This document shows, in pieces, positions 1 to 9,149 of a DNA stretch of 54,263 nucleotides. Origin of the DNA: an uncultured Bacteroidales bacterium. GTDB lineage: Bacteria > Bacteroidota > Bacteroidia > Bacteroidales > ML635J-15. Under the pieces are notes generated by a model. It did not search any database. It saw only the letters and a program-made list of their open reading frames with translations, and was not told the DNA's origin. Where the stretch lies: positions 1 through 54,263 of the forward strand of contig CAZGPW010000038.1 of the NCBI GenBank assembly GCA_964527535.1. The letters are read 5' to 3'. The number at the start of each line of letters is the position of its first letter. Positions within the stretch are counted from its first letter, which is position 1. The translations under genes and the position numbers were made by a program.

Positions 1-104
1 TAAAGCAATTAAATATAAAAAGAGGTGCATTTTACCCAACTTTATAAAAATGAAGTCATTGATTTACGCGGAAAAATGTCCTCCGAAACTTTAGTAAAAG
101 AAAC

Positions 105-1184
105 ATGGGCAAACAAAAAAAAATAATTATCTGGACAAAAGGACTTGATGACTTTTTAAACGGAGAAAAAAAATTCAATGGCGGTATTGCAGTACAAATG
201 ACTTTTTGGGCAAAAACCTTTGTCGAAAATAATTGGGAAGTTTATAGCATTTCTGAAAATAAGAAAACAGTAATTGAAAACATTAGATTTTTTAAAATTC
301 GTAATTTTAAAAAAATCGGAATCATTACCGATTTTCTTTATGCATTTTTTGTTATCCTAAAAATAAAACCTGATTTAATCATCAATAGAGGTTCAGGCAG
401 AACATTGGGTATTATATCTTTACTATCAAAGATATTTGCCGTTAAACTTGTTCTTTTAGCAGCAAATGACAAAAGTTTTATTCCCGGGCAGGAAAAAATA
501 AAGGGGAACAAAATCAACACACAATTATACCAGACAGGGATTAAAAAAACTAAATACTTTGTGGTTCAAAATAAATATCAAAAAGAATCTTTATGGCTTA
601 ATTACAAAAAACAAAGCATAATAATTTCAAATATCTGGGATAAGAATTTTTATTCACAAAGTAATGATTTTTCATCTGGGTATATTTTATGGGTTGCAAA
701 CTTCAGAAATCTAAAACGGCCGGAATGGTTTATCAATTTGGCGCGGCATTTCCCCAACAACAAATTTGTAATGATAGGATTTCCAAACAAAAAACCATTG
801 TATGAAAAGTCAAAAAATTTAGCAAAGAACATCAGGAATCTTGAAATTATCGGAGGTTTACCATTTGCTGAAACAAACAGTTTTTTCGCCAAAGCAAAAG
901 TATTTGTTTGCACTTCTGAATATGAAGGGTTTCCCAACACATTTTTACAAGCCTGGAGCAATAACATACCGGTTATATCTACAGTTGACCCAAGTGATTT
1001 AATTAAAGAAAAAAAACTTGGTGTTTTTGCTAAAAATGAAGATGAATTAAAACGAACATTAAAACAATTAATTGAAAATAAAAGTTTATACCATGAAATT
1101 CAAATAAATATAGATGCTTATTTTAGTGATAATCATGACACACAGCAAGCATATTATAAGTTGCTTAAATACATACAATCATAA
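105..1184 (+). CDS. Glycosyltransferase family 4 (GT-B)
   Basis: C-terminal Glycos_transf_1-like region: ILWVANFRNLKRP, TSEYEGFPNTFLQAW; polysaccharide operon context. Confidence 0.88.
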   Translation: MGKQKKIIIWTKGLDDFLNGEKKFNGGIAVQMTFWAKTFVENNWEVYSISENKKTVIENIRFFKIRNFKKIGIITDFLYAFFVILKIKPDLIINRGSGRTLGIISLLSKIFAVKLVLLAANDKSFIPGQEKIKGNKINTQLYQTGIKKTKYFVVQNKYQKESLWLNYKKQSIIISNIWDKNFYSQSNDFSSGYILWVANFRNLKRPEWFINLARHFPNNKFVMIGFPNKKPLYEKSKNLAKNIRNLEIIGGLPFAETNSFFAKAKVFVCTSEYEGFPNTFLQAWSNNIPVISTVDPSDLIKEKKLGVFAKNEDELKRTLKQLIENKSLYHEIQINIDAYFSDNHDTQQAYYKLLKYIQS

Positions 1185-1190
1185 AAATAA

Positions 1191-1838
1191 ATGAAAATCC
1201 TCTTCTTCATAGAATCCCTCCGCTCGGGTGGCAAAGAACGCCGACTGGTAGAGCTGCTCTTTTATTTGAAACAAAACACAAATTACGAATTGCGGCTTGT
1301 GCTAACCGAAGACAAAATCCATTACAGCTATATTCATGATTTAGACATACCAATTGACATCATTAAAAGGAAATACCTGAAAAAAGACCCTTCGCTGTTT
1401 TTTCGTTTTTATAAAATTGCCAAAACTTTTAATCCCGACATAATTCATTCCTGGGGTACCATGTCAACTTTTTATGCTATACCCGCAAAACGCTTATTGA
1501 AAAAGCCCATGTTGGCAAACTTAATAGCCAATGCAAAAAAGGATTACGCCAATTTTTCTTTGTCAGCAATGTTCAATGCCTTCAATTACAAATACGCCGA
1601 TGTTATTCTCGGCAATTCAATGGCAGGATTTAAAGCTTATGGTTTGCAAAACAATCCAAAAATGCACTTAATTTATAATGGTGTAAGGCTGAACCGCTTT
1701 AATGCCCATACTGATATCGAAACCATTAAAAGCAAACTAAACATTACAACAAAACATGTGGTAATGATGGTGGCTTCGGTTTTGGAATTATTGAATCGCC
1801 AATTTTTGTCGCCTTATGGATGGCTCCTGTGTTTTTAA
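1191..1838 (+). pseudogene. Truncated GT4 glycosyltransferase (N-terminal domain only)
   Basis: Starts like the next GT4 (IESLRSGGKERRL; IYNGV), ends just after VVMMVAS, and lacks the C-terminal domain with the ExxxxxxxE motif. Confidence 0.7.
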
Positions 1839-1875
1839 AACTTAAAGCAAGAAAAACTAAGGAAATATCTACAAT

Positions 1876-2967
1876 ATGAAAATAACATACTTAATCGACA
1901 GTTTAACTGCAGGAGGCAAAGAAAGACAATTGTTTTATCTGGTAAATAGCCTTGCCACAAGACACAAAATTCAATTAGTAATTTTCAACACTAATATATT
2001 TTATACTGAAATTAATAATTTGCCAATCGAATTAATCATTGTACCAAAGAAAAACAGGTATAAACTTTCCACTCAAATAAAACTCAATAAAAAATTAAAA
2101 AAATTTTCACCTCAAATAATTCATGCCTGGGATAAAATATCTCAATTAATGATAATACCATATCAACTCACACATAATGTTAAAATAATTAATGGCTCCA
2201 TAAGACATGGAGGCACAATAAAATATAGCCTAAAAACTAATTTTATCAGAAAGCTTACTTATTATTTTGCAGATGCTATTATTGCAAATTCAAATCAAGG
2301 CTTAGCTGCTGAAGGGGTAATAAATAAAGAAAAATCAGGGGTAGTTTACAATGGCATAAGCACACAAGTGAATAGTAATTATACTAAAAACAATGAAATT
2401 TTTAACACAACAAATAATTTCGTTATCAATGTTGTCATGGTTGGGAGGTTTTTTCCTCTTAAAGATTATGTTTCGTTCATTGATGTTGCAAAAGAAATAA
2501 TTCCGAATAATAAGGATATAGCATTTCATTGCATTGGGGAGGGCCCTTTAAGGTCTAAGGTAGAAAAAGAAGCTGGATTATTATTAAATAAAAACATCTT
2601 TTTTTGGGGTAAAAGAACCGATATCAGGAACATATTAGCCCATTTCGATATTGGGGTTTTGCTGAACAACACAAATGGGCACGCGGAAGGCTTGTCAAAT
2701 GCAATCATGGAATACATGACAGCAAAACTCCCCGTTATTGCAACTAATGCCGGAGGTACTAAAGAGCTTGTGCTTCATAATGAAAACGGGTTTTTAGTAA
2801 ATGCTTTTGATACCGATAATATTTTTGAAAAATTACAGACTTTAATTGATAATAAAACATTAAGAGAAACATTTGGACAGAAGGGTTATGAAATAATCAG
2901 TAAAAACTTTTCTCTTGAAGCTATGATAAACAATTATGAAAAACTTTACAAAACACTAATTAACTAG
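1876..2967 (+). CDS. Glycosyltransferase family 4
   Basis: DSLTAGGKERQL, VVMVGRF, EGLSNAIMEYM, PVIATNAGG. Confidence 0.92.
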   Translation: MKITYLIDSLTAGGKERQLFYLVNSLATRHKIQLVIFNTNIFYTEINNLPIELIIVPKKNRYKLSTQIKLNKKLKKFSPQIIHAWDKISQLMIIPYQLTHNVKIINGSIRHGGTIKYSLKTNFIRKLTYYFADAIIANSNQGLAAEGVINKEKSGVVYNGISTQVNSNYTKNNEIFNTTNNFVINVVMVGRFFPLKDYVSFIDVAKEIIPNNKDIAFHCIGEGPLRSKVEKEAGLLLNKNIFFWGKRTDIRNILAHFDIGVLLNNTNGHAEGLSNAIMEYMTAKLPVIATNAGGTKELVLHNENGFLVNAFDTDNIFEKLQTLIDNKTLRETFGQKGYEIISKNFSLEAMINNYEKLYKTLIN

Positions 2968-2969
2968 TT

Positions 2970-4103
2970 ATGCATCTACTAATATCCGGCGACTTTTTTA
3001 TTGCCGACAAATTCACAAATAAAGAGATTATCGATCAGTCAGTCGTAGTATTGTTTCAGCAGTCCGATTACCGAATCATTAACCTCGAAGCCCCCATTAC
3101 ATCCAATAATCCCAAAAACAAAATACTGAAAACCGGTCCGCACCTTCGAATGTCGGAACAAACAGTAATCCCTTACCTCAAACAATTAAACGTGGATGCA
3201 GTAACATTAGCTAATAACCACATTTTAGATTATGGAGCAAAAGGGCTTTGCGATACATTTGAATCGCTAAAACAAAACAAAATTGCTTCTGTAGGGGCAG
3301 GTAATAATCAAAACGAAGCTACTCAACCCCTCACACTCGAAAAAAATGGTTTGCGCATCGCTATCCTTAACTTTTGCGAAAACGAATGGTCAATTGCCGA
3401 ACCCGACACTCCCGGCGCCAACCGCATGGATATTATTGATAACGTTAACCAAATAAAGGCTGCCAAAGCCACCCACGACAAAGTAATTTGCATCATTCAC
3501 GGCGGTCACGAATATTACCATATTCCCAGCCCGCGCATGCAAAAGCAGTATCGCTTTTATGTGGACAGTGGTGCCGATGCCATTGTAGGACATCACACCC
3601 ACTGCATTGGTGGTTACGAGATTTATAATGAGGCACCAATTGCTTACAGCCTGGGTAATTTTATTTTCACACGTAACAACAACAATCCGGTATGGTATCA
3701 AGGTTTGTTCGTTACTTTAGAGATAATACAGAATCAAAAAATAAAAATCAAGCTTCATCCAGTACAACAAGAAATCAGGACGTTTAAAACAAAACTATCC
3801 GGGAATAATGAAAAAGTAAAAACTTTAGAAGAAGTTAAAAACATCTCTGATATTATTAATAACAAAACAGAATTATTTCAGAAATGGGATGCATTTATAA
3901 ACCAAAAAGAAAAACAATATCTGAATGCTTTTAGCCCAGTGCATTTTTTCAAAACCAAATACATAACAAGTGCCGTAAAAAAATTAAGACTTCATAAATT
4001 GTTTATGAACAAAAAACACTATAAAATGATGATGAATTTGATTCGTTGTGAAGCACATAAAGATGCTACCATGGATTCAATAAAAAAATATTTAAAAAGA
4101 TAG
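2970..4103 (+). CDS. CapA/PGA_cap family metallophosphoesterase
   Basis: Motifs GD, NLE, LANNHILDYG, HGGHE, GHHTH, YSLGNF. Confidence 0.9.
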   Translation: MHLLISGDFFIADKFTNKEIIDQSVVVLFQQSDYRIINLEAPITSNNPKNKILKTGPHLRMSEQTVIPYLKQLNVDAVTLANNHILDYGAKGLCDTFESLKQNKIASVGAGNNQNEATQPLTLEKNGLRIAILNFCENEWSIAEPDTPGANRMDIIDNVNQIKAAKATHDKVICIIHGGHEYYHIPSPRMQKQYRFYVDSGADAIVGHHTHCIGGYEIYNEAPIAYSLGNFIFTRNNNNPVWYQGLFVTLEIIQNQKIKIKLHPVQQEIRTFKTKLSGNNEKVKTLEEVKNISDIINNKTELFQKWDAFINQKEKQYLNAFSPVHFFKTKYITSAVKKLRLHKLFMNKKHYKMMMNLIRCEAHKDATMDSIKKYLKR

Positions 4104-4112
4104 TTACCAATT

Positions 4113-5138
4113 ATGAATACAATTTATTTGCTTACCGATTACCTGAACAGATTCGGTTCAAAACATAATTCTGCTATCTATAAAGATGGCATGGATAAAA
4201 AATTATTATCTGAGCTTTTTAAAAAACAGGGTTACCAAACTGAATTTTTTGAAATATCGAAAGTTGATTTCAGGAATCAGGATTGGAAGGGAAAAACTGT
4301 GTTGTATTCTTCACAAGAAGATGTCGGGTATTATTACAAAAGCTTTATTGAAGATATCATTTATGGTCTTGAATTGGCTGGAGCAGTCCTTATACCTTCA
4401 TATAAATACCTAAAAGCACACAGCAACAAAGTATTTATGGAAATATTGAGAGACCTTTCACCTCTTCCTGAGATTAAAAACCTAACCGCAAAGCATTATG
4501 GAAGTTATGAAGAAGCAATACAGGATGCAGAAAATTTCGACTATCCGGTTGTAATTAAAAGCGCTGAGGGAGCTATGAGCAAAAATGTGGTGCTTGCTCA
4601 TAACAAAAACGAACTAAAAAACGTCATTAAAAAGCTTGCCGCTACCCGCAATTTAAAAGAAGAAACACGTGAATTCATCAGAAGTTTTAAGTATAAAGGC
4701 TATCAAAAACAATCAAAATTTCGCAAAAAATTCATCATTCAAAATTTTATACCTGATTTGTCAAATGATTGGAAAGTATTGGTTTTTGGAAACAAATACT
4801 ACATCTTTCAAAGGCATGTTCGAAAAAATGATTTTCGGGCTAGTGGCAGTGGTCAGTCACAATACTTGTATGGTTCAAAATCGCCTGTGCCTGAAGGTAT
4901 CTTTAGTTTATCAAAAAAAATAAAAGATACATTAGATTTACCTATGGTCAGCCTTGACTTTGCGCTTTATAATAATGAATTATTTTTACTTGAATTCCAA
5001 TCTCTGTATTTTGGAACAGTCGGACAATGGCGCTCTGACTGTTATTATCAGGATATTGATAATGAATTTATTATAAAAGAAAACAATTTTTCACTGGAAG
5101 AGGTTTATGTCGAATCAATTATGAATTATTTAAAATAA
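4113..5138 (+). CDS. ATP-grasp fold ligase (RimK-like), polysaccharide-associated
   Basis: PVVIKSAEGAMSKNV, FIIQNFIP, DWKVLV, DFRASGSG, LDF..EFQ. Confidence 0.75.
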   Translation: MNTIYLLTDYLNRFGSKHNSAIYKDGMDKKLLSELFKKQGYQTEFFEISKVDFRNQDWKGKTVLYSSQEDVGYYYKSFIEDIIYGLELAGAVLIPSYKYLKAHSNKVFMEILRDLSPLPEIKNLTAKHYGSYEEAIQDAENFDYPVVIKSAEGAMSKNVVLAHNKNELKNVIKKLAATRNLKEETREFIRSFKYKGYQKQSKFRKKFIIQNFIPDLSNDWKVLVFGNKYYIFQRHVRKNDFRASGSGQSQYLYGSKSPVPEGIFSLSKKIKDTLDLPMVSLDFALYNNELFLLEFQSLYFGTVGQWRSDCYYQDIDNEFIIKENNFSLEEVYVESIMNYLK

Positions 5139-6077
5139 ATGAAAGTCCTTTTTGTTACAGGCGGCAACACAGAAAAATTTGGCATCCCACCATTAATAAA
5201 AGCTCAGGGCGAGTCTTTAAAGAAACATGGAATGGAAATCAGCTATTTCCCTATCATAGGAAAAGGAATTTTAGGATATTTAAGAAGTGTTTCAAAATTA
5301 AAGAATTATATCAATGCCAATCCGATTGATATTATTCACGCCCATTTTTCTTTTTCAGGCATAGTCGCTAGTTTAGCCAAAACAAACACCCCGGTTGTTG
5401 TGTCGCTGCTTGGCACTGATGTTAACGGTTCTGGATTATTAAAAAAAGCTATCCTAAAATGCCTGCCATTGTTTTCGTGGAAAGCGATTATTGTAAAGTC
5501 AGAAGAAATGAGCAAAAAACTGGGAAAAACAAAATGCCATATCATTCCCAACGGTGTAAACACTAATTTATTTAAACCTTTAGAGAAAGCACAATGTAAA
5601 AAACAACTAAACTGGAACAATGAAAAAATTCACATTCTTTTTGCTGCAAACCCTAAAAGGCCGGAAAAAAATTATACGCTTGCAAAAAATTCTATAGACC
5701 GGATAAATAACAACATTGCAATTCATTATTTTGAAAATGTTGAGCATGAAAATATTCCAATGTGGCTAAACGCTGCAGATATAGTTATCCTTACGAGTTT
5801 ATGGGAAGGAAGCCCCAATGTAATTAAAGAAGCCATGGCATGTAACTGTCCTGTAGTAGCAACTAATGTTGGCGATATAGAGTGGCTTTTCGGAAACGAA
5901 CCAGGTCATTATTTAGCAGATTTCACACCCGAAGATTTTGCTACTAAAATTGAACGGGCATTAAACTTTGCAGAAAAACATGACAAAACCAATGGCCGGG
6001 AAAGAATTTTGAATTTAGGATTAGATTCAGACACTGTAGCAAAGAAAATAATTAAGATTTATGAAACTGCAATATGA
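5139..6077 (+). CDS. Glycosyltransferase family 4 (TuaC-like)
   Basis: IIHAH, GTDV, IPNGV, SLWEGSPNVIKEAMAC, TNVGD. Confidence 0.9.
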   Translation: MKVLFVTGGNTEKFGIPPLIKAQGESLKKHGMEISYFPIIGKGILGYLRSVSKLKNYINANPIDIIHAHFSFSGIVASLAKTNTPVVVSLLGTDVNGSGLLKKAILKCLPLFSWKAIIVKSEEMSKKLGKTKCHIIPNGVNTNLFKPLEKAQCKKQLNWNNEKIHILFAANPKRPEKNYTLAKNSIDRINNNIAIHYFENVEHENIPMWLNAADIVILTSLWEGSPNVIKEAMACNCPVVATNVGDIEWLFGNEPGHYLADFTPEDFATKIERALNFAEKHDKTNGRERILNLGLDSDTVAKKIIKIYETAI

Positions 6078-6213
6078 AGTTTTAAAATGCACCAGTTCCA
6101 AAATACCCTACATGCGCTGGAGCAATGCCTTTATGTTTTATGCCATGTCGTATTACATGAACACGGAGAAATGGAACACGGATAACACGGATGCAACGGA
6201 TATTCACAGATAA
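6061..6213 (+). pseudogene. 50-codon remnant resembling the C-terminus of a polysaccharide-locus protein
   Basis: Reads MKLQYEVLKCTSSKIPYMRWSNAFMFYAMSYY...; from memory, SKIPYMRWS resembles the C-terminal motif of ~400-aa Bacteroidota capsule-locus proteins (often labelled delta-aminolevulinic acid dehydratase); not verified by search. Confidence 0.45.
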
Positions 6214-6395
6214 AAATTTAAATTTGAACACAGATAAAACGGATGCAACGGATATTCACAGATAAAAATCCGCGTAAATCCGTCTAATCCGCGTCATCCG
6301 CGTTCATCAAAACCGTGCAAATCCGTAATATCCGCGTCATCCGTGTTCCAACAAAACACCCGTGAGAATCCGTAATATCCGTGTCATCCGCGTTC
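6174..6395. repeat. Palindromic repeat cluster left of GxxExxY gene
   Basis: Run of (AC)ACGGAT/ACAGAT units followed by complementary ATCCG(T/C)G units; begins GAACACGG, ends CCGCGTTC. Confidence 0.85.
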
Positions 6396-6410
6396 TAAAG
6401 TTTAATAACC

Positions 6411-6788
6411 ATGCTACACGAAAACATCACCAAAAAAATCATTGAAGCCTTTTACAAGGTTTACAACCAATTGGGTTACGGCTTTCTTGAAAAAGTTTAC
6501 CACAATGCCATGCTAATCGAACTTCGCCGTATGGGTTTCGAATGCAAAAGCCAATACCGTGTAAAAGTGTATTACGATGAATATGAGGTTGGCGATTATT
6601 TTGCCGACATCATCGTTGAGGATTGCGTCATCATTGAAAACAAAGCCAGCGAAGCCCTCTGCGAAGCAAATGAAAATCAACTGATAAACTATTTAAAGGC
6701 CACCGAAATAGAAGTAGGGCTATTACTAAATTTTGGGAAAAAACCCGAGTTTCGGAGGAAAATATTTACTAACGATAGAAAACAATAG
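6411..6788 (+). CDS. GxxExxY protein (PD-(D/E)xK nuclease fold)
   Basis: LGYGFLEKVY motif, ADIIVE..IIENK, QLINYLKAT, GLLLNFG; 125 aa. Confidence 0.95.
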   Translation: MLHENITKKIIEAFYKVYNQLGYGFLEKVYHNAMLIELRRMGFECKSQYRVKVYYDEYEVGDYFADIIVEDCVIIENKASEALCEANENQLINYLKATEIEVGLLLNFGKKPEFRRKIFTNDRKQ

Positions 6789-6918
6789 AACACGGATAAC
6801 ACGGATGCTACGGATATTCACAGATAAAAATTTAAATTTAAACACAGATAAAACGGATCTAACGGATAACACAGATAAAAATCCGCGAGAATCCGTCTAA
6901 TCCGTGTCATCCGCGTTC
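6788..6918. repeat. Direct-repeat copy of 6174-6305 (internally palindromic)
   Basis: GAACACGGATAACACGGATGC.ACGGATATTCACAGATAAAAATTTAAATTT...ATCCGTCTAATCCG.GTCATCCGCGTTC present on both sides of the gene. Confidence 0.9.
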
Positions 6919-6937
6919 TATCCTCATATCACAAATC

Positions 6938-7636
6938 ATGCAACCAGTATCAGTCAACAACATAAACATCTACCCTTTCACCAGCCGCGAAGAGCTCATC
7001 ATCAACGCTTTTGAGCAAAAGAAAATGCTCATTGCCATGAACGCAGAAAAAATTCTGCATGCCGATGAGGCTACCCGCAAGATCATCAATGAGAACATTG
7101 GTTACGCCGATGGCATCGGTGCGGTAATGGCACTCAAGAAAAAAGGCATACAATCCCCGGTAAAAATCCCCGGCTGCGAATTGTGGCACGACATTGTCCG
7201 AAGCAAGCACACGGAAAGCAGCTTTTATCTGGTTGGCGGCAAACAAGCAGTGATTGAAAAAACCGTTGCACAATTAAAAACCGAATTTCCGGACATCAAT
7301 ATTTTGGGCTACCGCAACGGCTACATCAAAACCGATACAGAAAAGCAAGCACTCATAAAAGACATCGCCACCAAAAAACCGGATGTGGTGTTTGTGGCCA
7401 TGGGCTCACCAAAACAAGAGCTTCTTATGCAAGAAATGCAGCAACAGCACACCGCTGTTTACCAGGGGCTGGGAGGCAGCTTTGATGTTTATACAGGCCA
7501 TGTTCACCGCGCCCCGCAGTGGTGGATAAAAAACAACTTAGAATGGGCATATCGTCTGGTGAAGCAACCCAAACGCATTTTTAGACAATATGTGTATTTA
7601 GAGTTTTTCATCAAGTTAAAATTGAATCGATTATGA
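6938..7636 (+). CDS. WecG/TagA/CpsF family glycosyltransferase (GT26)
   Basis: YADGIG, IPGCEL, YLVGG, VAMGSPKQE, GLGGSFDV, LEWAYRL. Confidence 0.95.
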   Translation: MQPVSVNNINIYPFTSREELIINAFEQKKMLIAMNAEKILHADEATRKIINENIGYADGIGAVMALKKKGIQSPVKIPGCELWHDIVRSKHTESSFYLVGGKQAVIEKTVAQLKTEFPDINILGYRNGYIKTDTEKQALIKDIATKKPDVVFVAMGSPKQELLMQEMQQQHTAVYQGLGGSFDVYTGHVHRAPQWWIKNNLEWAYRLVKQPKRIFRQYVYLEFFIKLKLNRL

Positions 7637-8400
7637 AAATCACCATACTCACCCAATCCGATCCTTTTTACCTGGCAGAAAACATCAATTATTTATTGAA
7701 TAATTTACCTTCCCATTCGCAAGTTGTGTCAACAGTAGTTTTTGATGTTTCTCCTTTTGGTAAAAAAGAGAGTTTCATTCACAAGGCAAAACGCACTGCA
7801 TCCATTTTCGGTGCAGGCTTTTTCATCAATTATGGGTTTAAATTTGTGTTTAGCAAGCTAAACCCGGCAAAATCGGTGAAAAACGTACTGAAAAAACATA
7901 ATATACCCGTTGTTGAACTTGAACAAGGCGTAAATCACCCGGATTCATTGGAATTAATAAAGAGCTATAATCCGGATTTACTCATTTCCATTGCGGGCAA
8001 TCAGATTTTCAAAGAAAAACTAATTAACCTGGCGCCAAAAGGTTGTTTAAATTTGCACACAGCCCTTTTACCAAAATACAGAGGCCTGATGCCTTCTTTT
8101 TGGGTATTGAAAAACAAGGAAAAAGAAACCGGCGTTTCAATTTTTTTCGTTGACAAAGGCATTGACAGCGGCCCGATTTTGGTGCAAAAAAAATTGCCCA
8201 TCCATGATAAGATGACACAGGCAGAATTGATAAAAAAATCAAAAAAACTGGGAATGGATGCAATTAATGAAGCCATTGAATTAATACATCAGGACAATTA
8301 TAAACTCATACCAAATCCTGATGAAGAAAAATCCTATTACTCCTTTCCAACCCGTGAAGACGTAAAAGCATTTAAAAAAGCAGGCAAAAAATTCTATTAA
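7633..8400 (+). CDS. Formyltransferase (Formyl_trans_N), probable sugar N-formyltransferase
   Basis: [20 protein letters not shown]; no Fmt C-terminal domain; sits in polysaccharide operon. Confidence 0.85.
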   Translation: MKITILTQSDPFYLAENINYLLNNLPSHSQVVSTVVFDVSPFGKKESFIHKAKRTASIFGAGFFINYGFKFVFSKLNPAKSVKNVLKKHNIPVVELEQGVNHPDSLELIKSYNPDLLISIAGNQIFKEKLINLAPKGCLNLHTALLPKYRGLMPSFWVLKNKEKETGVSIFFVDKGIDSGPILVQKKLPIHDKMTQAELIKKSKKLGMDAINEAIELIHQDNYKLIPNPDEEKSYYSFPTREDVKAFKKAGKKFY

Positions 8401-8508
8401 TGAACATCCTAACATTCGACATAGAAGAGTGGTTTCATATTCTGGACAACGCCAGCACCAAAACCAGCACAGAGTGGGATCAATACGAATCACGCTTGCA
8501 GGAAAATA
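8400..8508. repeat. 109-bp direct repeat of 9150-9258
   Basis: Manual alignment shows 3 mismatches (8429, 8442, 8492); copies are 750 bp apart. Confidence 0.95.
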
Positions 8509-8762
8509 ACGATCATATCATGTTTTTCAACCCCGGAGGCTTACCAGGTTCAATTAGTATTGAGCAGCTATTGACAAATAATTATGTGTCAACACCACGT
8601 AATCGGCAAATAGCGAAAATAGTGAAAGAAATGGGCTGGATTGAAAAATACGGAACCGGCATTAAACGTGTTCGCAACATGTTTGTTGAATATGACCTGA
8701 AACAGCCACACTTTGAAAGTATTCCGGGAGGATTTACAGCGACAGTTTTCGCAGAAAATAAA

Positions 8763-8810
8763 AATGTCGTAGATAATGTCGTAGATAATGTCGCAGATAA
8801 TGTCGTAGAT
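8763..8810 (+). repeat. 12-bp tandem repeat x4 (NVVD linker)
   Basis: AATGTCG(T/C)AGAT four times, in frame. Confidence 0.9.
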
Positions 8811-9011
8811 AAACGGCGTAAAAAAATCTTAACTCTATTAAAAGAGAATAGCACATTGTCAGCAAAAGCTCTATCCTTACACATTGGCGTTTCAAGCAGG
8901 ACTATTCAGCGTGACTTAGACAAATTAAAGGAAGATAAAAGAATTGAACGTGTCGGCAGTGAAAAAAAAGGTCATTGGAAAATAATTAAATAGTGTCCGT
9001 CAATACAGTAA

Positions 9012-9134
9012 AGAGTCTGTGATAGAAAGTTCGCTGGCAAGGCTTGCGAAGTCTGAAAATACCGGAGTTTACTTTTGTAAATGAGGATTTTCAGACGAGC
9101 GTAACGCAGGCAGCGGACTTTATAGACAGACTCT
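9012..9134. repeat. ~123-bp imperfect palindrome (REP/MITE-like)
   Basis: AGAGTCTGT...ACAGACTCT ends, inner GTCTGAAAAT/ATTTTCAGAC and TTTAC/GTAAA arms. Confidence 0.75.
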
Positions 9135-9149
9135 AAATAAAGCTGTCAC

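Larger units (their letters stand above)
8400..8993 (+). pseudogene. Chimeric ORF: deacetylase N-terminus fused to RecG_C (HATPase_c_4)/HTH fragment
   Basis: First 36 aa nearly identical to the 9150 protein, then [21 protein letters not shown] and a C-terminal wHTH ([20 protein letters not shown]). Confidence 0.75.

Noticed and set aside
2-94. 3' end of an upstream CDS
   Set aside because: Frame 2 is open to a TAG at 92-94, but 30 codons carry no recognisable motif
2970-4103. Poly-gamma-glutamate capsule synthesis
   Set aside because: No capB/capC in the window; CapA-family proteins are common in polysaccharide loci
6174-6918. CRISPR array
   Set aside because: Units are short, self-complementary and lack unique spacers of regular length; no cas genes
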